From NCBI RefSeq assembly GCF_964355755.1, contig NC_092670.1, positions 24,662,795 through 24,726,794 of the forward strand: DNA of 64,000 nucleotides, given 5' to 3'. Source of the stretch: Antedon mediterranea (taxonomy: Eukaryota > Animalia > Echinodermata). The position numbers were made by a program, and so were the translations under genes. The notes beneath the pieces were generated by a model that was not told where the DNA came from, ran no database searches, and was given only the letters and a program-made list of their open reading frames with translations. Shown piece after piece: positions 49,801 to 58,800 of the stretch; within the stretch, counting starts at the first letter, position 1; the number at the start of each line of letters is the position of its first letter.

Positions 49801-52800
49801 ATTTTACATGAAAAGGAAAGTGATATTCACAGTGATGTCTGTGGGAGCCATGTTTCGTGAGGTAATAATATGCAGAGTAGAATTGCTTATCACGCCTTTC
49901 AACCGATTTATATTAGAGTCTCCGCAGCGAGAAACAGGAAACTTGTTTGATGGTGTGACAGGGTATGCTAACCGCATGAGTGTTATTTCTTTTAGAGTTC
50001 AGATGGGGACAAGAAATCAAAGTTAAATGGCAGTGCCAGTAGTTTTACTAAACTCGCTAGAAGACTGAGCCAAAAAGGAGATAGACGCAATACTATTGTG
50101 GAACATATACCACCTAATATAAGAAGAAAATCTACTGTTGATGGGTAAGTTATCTTTTTATTTATCATCAATCTTAATATGATTTAACATTATATCCAAT
50201 TAAAAATTAATAATTATGGTTGAAAGTAAACATTTTCCGATATTTTATTACTCTTGCGAAAATTATATCTTCTTAGCAATATTAAATTATAATTTAAATG
50301 TTTTATTTTACCTTTTTTTAATTTTCATTCATTCCAAAATTGTAATCTTGATTAAATGCTAGTATATTACCATATTTGGTTTTTATATTATATATAGTTG
50401 CTTTAGATTAAGACTAATATACTGTAGAATAGTTGTCATGAATGTCTATTTTTACATTTAATACAAGGTATATTTTATTGATGCACTATAAATAGCTGTA
50501 AGTTAAAGATTATTACAAAAATCTAAAACTTTAATAATTAATATCCCCAATGAAGATGAATTTTATCCCAAAAAAAAAGGATTAATTTTAATCATGATCA
50601 GTAGTCATGATCATTAATCATGATCGGTAGTCATGTCATGATCATTAATCATGATCTTTAATCATGATCATTAAACCATGATCTTTAATCATGATCATTA
50701 AATCATGATCACTAGTCATGATCAGTAATCATGAAAAAATTATAATTAGTGCATTTGCCAGTTAATATAATTTTTGGGAATTTGTTTTCAGTCCTGAATT
50801 AAGAAAAGCACACAGTTTAGAAAGTCTACACTTGGAATCAACAGAAAGCAAAGAAAACTCACAAGTTCCAGTCTCCCCATCATTACAAAATCGATTACAA
50901 AGAACGCTTTCTGGTAAGAAAAGAGGATCAACTAGCTCTGAATCGGAGGGATCTGGAACCAAAGTAGAAAAAGACAAAAACCGTCGTTCATCAAAAGCAA
51001 ACTTTAGTGACATAACTGGTGAGAATACATAGAACATTTCATAACAGATTTGGCTTCCCAAGAGGGCCAATACTTTAACGATACAAGGGATATTGTTTCC
51101 AATCTATGTGTCATAGGGTCTTTCTTTTGCTATGACCTAAATTAATTTGCGTTGTGATAGCACATGTTCCTGATCCCAATGCTGTTTTGCTTTGATTGCT
51201 GTGATTACTTTTAGACAGCCTATGTTTGGTGTCACTTCATTTATCACATTTAATGGTAAATAAAACACATTCAACATTGAATCACCTATAACAATTTCTA
51301 GAAGAATTATATTTATACGGTGCCGTTTTTTAGTGGCGCAAAAAAACTTTCGTTTGCGAAAGCAAAACCGCATGTTCAGGAAACATTAAAAGTCTTTACA
51401 AAGAAATACTTCAAAATGTCATGAAAACAAACTTTTTTTTTCTCTGGAGTCATAAAAAAGATTGTTTTAAATTGACTTGGTCACATTAAAGTGTTTTATC
51501 ACAATTATCTCCTTAAGAATTAGGATAGATTACGTCACTGTGCAATAGTGTATTAGAAATATATCAGAAAATGTGTGAATCTATCCAACTATTTGTAAAT
51601 TTATATTATGTTTAACAACAGGTGTTGACACATGCTTCATTAAAAAAATTTAATCAGGTGGCATTTAAAAATAAAAGAGACTTTTACTCTGACACAGCAA
51701 GACACAGTGTAAATTGTCAATTGTCAGTGAAATAGCTTTTGTCACCAATAAATTATCTTCTATAGTTTGAAAGTGTTTTTAAATAGAGTTTAGAAATACA
51801 AATTAACGGTTTGTTTTGACCCAATTAAAAATTATTTTTATCTGTCTTTTTTTTCAATAAGAACATTTTTTAAATAATCATCTACAGGCAAAATGTACTA
51901 TTAATGTTATTAGGCAATTTAAGATATTAGCAATAATATTGTTCCGACACCATCAGTAAATATTACTGATTACTCCCATAAAAAATTGAACAAGTTTTAA
52001 AATTAATTTATCATGTAACTAATTTTGCACATGAACAAAATCCTTTTATTCCCAAAGTAAATTATTAAGTAACTTGAGAACTTCAACTTGAACCAGAGCC
52101 TTAATGTTAATAAGCAAACATCATAACGAACAAACTACATTGCTACTTTAAATTTATTCTGCAGCATTATTTGATGCTGTACATAACCAGGAGATTGATC
52201 GTGCTAAGTTTATTCTCGACTGCAATGGTTTGGACATAAATGCTGTTAACGTTGATGACTTCACTCCATTGGATATTGCAATTATGGTGCACAACCTAGC
52301 TATGGCTAAACTACTGCTTACCTTTGGTGCTCGAGAAAATCCTAAATGTGAGTATATTTTTTAAGCTGTCAATGGCAGATTCAAGTTGTCCTTGTAAATT
52401 TAACATATGGGAAAGATTATAATTGGTTTTACATTATTTAATGAACAGTCTAGAAGTTTCATTAGTATTTCATGGTTTACAAAAAAGTTACTATGTTTTA
52501 TTATATATTATCAAAAGGCAAATTACTGAAAAAATGATAATGCTGTGGGTATCAATGGCTGGCCGGATCTCAATGGAGATACAAATAAATTAAGCAAAAA
52601 GCTAAATCAAAACGATAAATTAAGACAGCGAGAAAGAAATGGTTGATCTTTGGGTAACATTTAACCCTTCCTCAGTGCAAGAATGTTTTACATTTTTTAT
52701 TTGATAATTTTAGATCTTCACAAAGATGCCAGGGCTTCTAAACTAAACACATTGATCAATGAAGCCGACAGACAAGTGCAAGAGCTGACGTCACGCACTG

Positions 52801-55800
52801 TTAACAACACTGGCTCCAGTCAATCTGTTAACAAGGTGAGTTTTCTATTATTATATGTGTGTTTATCTATTTGAAAATCACATTTACTTTATTTTTTATT
52901 TTAATTTATCTTCAGTACAAGACTGTTCTCCCTTAGAGCCAAGTATACAACTCACAAACATTTTTTTTTTTAAACCTGATAAAACAATACATTGAAAACA
53001 AAACACCACTACACCTATCTATCCAGCATTCCAGATCTTCCTATCCGTTCCTTAGATCACTGGATTGATTGTTAATTTTATACACATACTCAATCCTGAC
53101 AGGGTTATGCTTGCTTTCTCTTCCGAAACCTGGCAGTTTCGGAAAGATTAAATGCTACGATTTTTATTTTCAGGAAACTGATAAAAGGTTACGAGACTGG
53201 GAATGGAAACATCGTCTATTCCGAAAAATGAAGGCTACATTTGAACATGCAAGTAAGTAGATAAAGAGAATATTAAAATTATCAAAAGAAATCAACACAC
53301 TGTTGTTAATTGCTGGCTGCTGCTATTATTTAGCAGGCTGTATTTGGGATTTGGTAATTTTATTAGTTTCTTTATCACCATCTTACTGTTTTAAATTATA
53401 TTCATATTTGTTCCAGGACCACCTGAGCCACCACAAAATGTGACAATTTGTGTTACAAGCAGTTCTAGTATATTAGTTGAATTTGATGAGCCTACTAACA
53501 ACAACTCAGGAGTTATAACAAGATATAAAAGTAAGAATTATTTATTGTTATATACTCAGTCATCAACATTAGCAGAGATTGTGTAAAACTGATAAAATAC
53601 CGATAATTCTGTATGTTGAATATATATCGTAAAATGTGTGGTGACAACCCTATCCCCCAACTTCCCCTTTCCCCTCCGGCATATTATAGGCCTACAATCG
53701 CCAACAAATTAGCATACACAAATGATATTTTTGAATGAATTTTTAATTACTTTTTCTTTTTATAGTTGAGTGGAGTCTACAAGAAGATTTTAGTCAATGC
53801 TCTGGTGAACATATATTGTATAATAGCACTAATCTCAGTTATAAAATACAAGGACTTATTGCTGGAAAATGTTATTATGTACGGGTTTCAGCATTTAATA
53901 TGAAGGGGTTTGGCATTGCCCAAATATCAACGCCGCCATCAGCTATTCCATCTTGTAAGTTTTTGTTATTAATTAATCAAATGTCACATTTAAATTGTTT
54001 GAGATACACAGTCAAGATATTGTTGTATAATGTACATAATATGTAATGGTTTTCTTTTAAGATTACCATACAGTACAAAAAATAATAAATACAGAAATGG
54101 AATGTCTAGATTTAATTTTTTTAAATCACTGGGAGAGACCAGATAACGATCATAGCCTCTTTCTAAATGTATGTAGGATTGAGCAAAATATGACTTTTGG
54201 TAATTTATTGTCATTTTTACCAGGTTGGCGTGACAGAGACGGGAGAAAATCACGAAGTTGTGGACAAATGAAGGTTTTAGAAGAGTTATTTAAAGAGGTG
54301 AAAGATGCCAGACTACCAGACTCAATAGAGTTAAAAAGTATGTTATATACAATGATAAACAAATCAGATAGGCATACTTTGTAGGCATGCTATATATTTC
54401 TCATACTGTACTTATTACGTGCCTTGAGCACTCTTGAGTGGTATGTGTGCTATATAAATCCATATTATTATTTATTATTATCATGAAAAATGTAGTCTTT
54501 CATCCTAAAGCTCATTTTAAGGTATTCCACCAAGCCTAATTTTAACATATAGTATAGTGACTTTTATGCCCTTGTCATTTTAATATCAAAGGATGTAAAT
54601 TATAAAAAATAAATTACTATGATTCCTTTTATTACCAATTTAGTGTAGTTATTGTAGTTTTTTTTTCCATCTTTTTCAGCAAACTCGCCAAAGTCATCTC
54701 CAAATCAAGTACGAAAAACAATGAAGAAAAGCATAAAAAATTTCTTTCAATTTGCACCTAAATTCCATAAACAACTAAAGCGTGCCGTGTACGTGTGCAC
54801 GTTGCTTTATAGCGAGGACAAAGTGCTGGTGACGACAGAAGATCAGCTACCAATCATTGAGGTTGATGATAACTACCCAAGCAATATGCATCAGGATTTC
54901 CTATGGTTTATGAAGGTATATTTTATTTCTTTGTTTGTGTAGTTATAGAGCTTTTAGAGATTTTTAACCAGAACCGGCGGCTTATGCAAATGAGTCAATG
55001 GGTTCAGCTAACCTGTTGATTACGTGACAACGTGGAAATGATGCTGATTTCATACCTGCCTAAACAGGAAATGGGTTTTACGCAGTTTGATTTGCAACAC
55101 AATAAATATGCACAAGACTTTCCAAATGTACGTCATTCAATCAGACATTTAATTATAAAGTATCTATGTCTTCACCTGGACCTACAATCATCTAAATAAA
55201 GTCTGGTGACCCAACAATAGAGCACTTTTAATGTCAGTCAAAACTGTCTATATTTTGCATTGTAATTTTCAACAATTTAAAAATGCTAGGGTCAGGTCAG
55301 CTCCTACCTTAGTTCTTGGAAAATTAAAAATTTAAGACAGCTTGATATTTATTTTATTTATGTACTACACGCTGTTCATTGAATAGAATTTAAACTGCTC
55401 TAAATGAAGTTCAAATAATACAATCATTTAAAGAGTTCAATGAAGATGGGTTTTTTTATTTTATCTGTTCTAATTAGTTCTTTTAAAGAACAATATTTTT
55501 TTTGTAAATAAAAATAGATATTTTGTTTAAAAATATATTAATACAGTGCTTTTAAATTTGTTGTTTTATCCATTTTTTAGACAAGAAATCAACTTCCAAG
55601 TATCTTTTATTCTAAAATTAGCTACTATTTTACAACAATAAATCATCAATTCTGTTGTTTACTTTGTCCTAAAAAAAGGAATGTTATGTGTATTATCATC
55701 ATTTGTGTGTTTTTTTAATGGAAAGTTTTATATTGAAAGAGCCAAAATATCTTTTTTTGACAACTACAAATGAAAATATGTTAAATAATTGTATATATGT

Positions 55801-58800
55801 ATGTTTCATAACAGGTGGCGTGTACGTGGGAAGATGTTGACGTATTAAGAGGTGATCTTGAAAAAGCGCTGTCTACGTCACCGAGTCTAATGTTTCGCAA
55901 TAAATTATTACAAGCTGTGTCGCAAATGCAGACGACGTTAGGCATTCAGGACCTCGGACAGGTTTATTATGAGCCCATTAGGGACCACAACGGCAGCACA
56001 CTATTTGTACTGGTTAAACATATAAAGGTATGTTTACTATTAAGAACTATAGATTATACATGTTAGATAGAAATTAAAGATATAGTGTCTCCCATTTATG
56101 TATTAACAGCTATACTACAGCTGATTTGAAGAGGGCCTCTTAAAACAATACAAAATTATACAAATGACTTTCAAACATAAAGTTGCAAGAGGATTCATAA
56201 AACTTACAATTCTTAAGCAGATTAAAAAAAGTTAAAATTAACAAAATTTAGAAAAATGTTGAAATTTAAATATAAAACTTCAAAGTTCATATAAAAGGAC
56301 ATTGGTACCAAAATATTGCTTTTATTTTGTTTTTATCGTTGAGATATAATTTTAACTATAACTTAACGGGGGAAAAAATGTAGATATAAAGCTTCATGTC
56401 TCTCCAGCGAGCAACCGTGTCATTGTCTTCATTGAATGACATTTGATTTTTTGTTTTGTAGGACTCCAAAAGTGTGCAATCAACAAGCCTAAAATGGTTA
56501 AATCTTAGCAGAGTACAAAAACGTAGATCTGTCTGCTTTGAGAATCCTACAGCTTCTGAAAACCTCCTCTCATCCATTCCAGTAAGTTTTATCATATTAA
56601 TTTAATTATTTCAGCAATAAAATAGTTTAATTTTTACATTTACATACCTACATCCCTTCAGCAAAATGGTTGAATCCATATCCCAATAGAGTTTGTTTGC
56701 TGGAGCTTGTTTACTTTTTTGGTTTTTATTTTGGTCCCTGCCATCTAGCATATGGATACAAAGGGTGGTAGGGATAGAGTACAGACAGCCTGGGGTTGAG
56801 GTCAGATGGCCCGAGGTAGAAGTCAGATGGCCCGAGGTAGAGGGCAGATGGCCCGAGGTAGAGGTCAGATGGCCAGAGGTAGAGGTCAGATGGCCCGAGG
56901 TAGAGGTCAGACATTAGGTTAGGTTCAGAAATTTATTTCACATTTATATTGTTTTTGTAGGAGAAAATATTCTTCAGTCAAGTAAACCAAATGCCTCAAG
57001 AAAAAGGCCTATACTTAGGCTACATGAAATTACGCAGTTCTGTTGACACGATACGAATACAAGTACAAGCGAAGGCACCCAACGTTTTACCATGCATCAA
57101 GATCAGAGACAATTCAAATGTATCGCAAGATGAATGGGATTGGCTATATAAACTTAATACATGCAAGGTAAATTAATTGCAGTGTCATTGTTTTTCTCTG
57201 TCCTAACCTAAATATAGCATAATGCCAGGATATGATATATATTTAAACTGGCATACTCGGTGGTTTATTAGAATATTTATTATTATTACATTATATATTT
57301 GATTTTCTCACTTTCAAATCTTTCATTCATTTTTTTTATTTACAGGTCACAAAACCAGTTACCAAATTGCAAGAGGAATTCCAGTTACAACTAGCAGATG
57401 CAGCAAGACTTTTGGCTAAGAGGATTGGAGTCACAGAAGAGGAAACATTAAAACATCGTCTGTGTGACCTAGAGGTCATTGACCTTAATGATGAGGTAAT
57501 TATTTTTTAAATTGTAATACGTTTTGATTTACAAATGATTCTGTCCATGATTAATTGGTGGTAATACATATTTTTTATTTACATCATTTTTTACTAGCAT
57601 TCTCAAGTTATGATTATCTTGATCTTTCAATCTTGAGTGCAAAATAATTTTTCTTCAATTTGCATTCAAAATTCACACAAAGTTATGAGGGTGTAGGTGT
57701 ACATGATGTTCTCCCCTTGTCTCTGAAATTTGTCTACAAAATCTATTTACATTTTTTCGTATTGCAGGTGTCATTTATTATAATGGTACCACCTGTATCT
57801 GATGTATGTACGGGACCTGGAAACCTGGATACCTTTATGAAAGGAAATGAATATGTATCGCTACCAGTGCAAGTATTTGAAATGGGTAAGTCCTGTCTAA
57901 ACAACCAGTTAAAAAATCTAAACTAAGTTTGTATATGATATATGAATAATCAATTTATGTTATAACTGTTTGTTTAAGTTATTAATTTGTATAATTAATA
58001 ATTAACAATTTTTGTATTATTTTATTTTGCAGTTCACACAACAACGTACCACAATGATTTTATACGCTGCTACTCGCGTTTGTCATCAATATTAGAAATG
58101 GAGAATTTATTAGCGCAACAAAGTGTGCGTGAAGCGTTTAAAGCGGAAGAATTAAACGAAGCGAAACAAAGGCAGCAACAAATAGCTGATTTCCAACAGG
58201 TAAATAGCATATGACTCACACATTAGATTGTGATGAGTGTATTGTGAATCATAGTGGAATACTGTAGTGTGTCAGGTTCTCAATGTTATTTGTTTTTCCT
58301 TAGGGACACAACTATTAAGTGGAGTATTCTTGTGCAACAAACAAGAGGAAATATACACCCCTATACAAGGGACGGACCCCTCCCCCCCCCCCCCCCTATT
58401 AAGGGACACTTTGTTGGGTGTGAAGATGTCTTAATAGTGGTTTTGCAGTATATACATTAAATGAAATAGATTTTTTATATTTCTCTCTGAAGATTTTTTA
58501 TATTTCAATTTTTACTATTTGATGTCATTTTAATATTGTAATTTTATTGTTAAAAAATGCAGCAATTCAGCCTTTTGCTGCAAATGTATTTTTCTTGTCG
58601 AAATAAAGGTACCAAGATATATAAATTGGAATATTTAATACTGTATTATTATGTTTTCAATTATTTTTATTAGACATTGGAAAGTGCATGGAAAGGAACT
58701 CGTTGGATTATGGATGTAATACAGTATGCTAGGGATAAACAGTTAAAAGGAGGTGTACCCTTATCAGTACTCTTTGCTCCACCGCCGTCACCTGTAGAAT

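Noticed and set aside
56693-56917. ORF with (EVRWPEV)n repeats
   Set aside because: Translation of an intronic 21-bp minisatellite; the flanking ANKFN1 exons join in frame without it.
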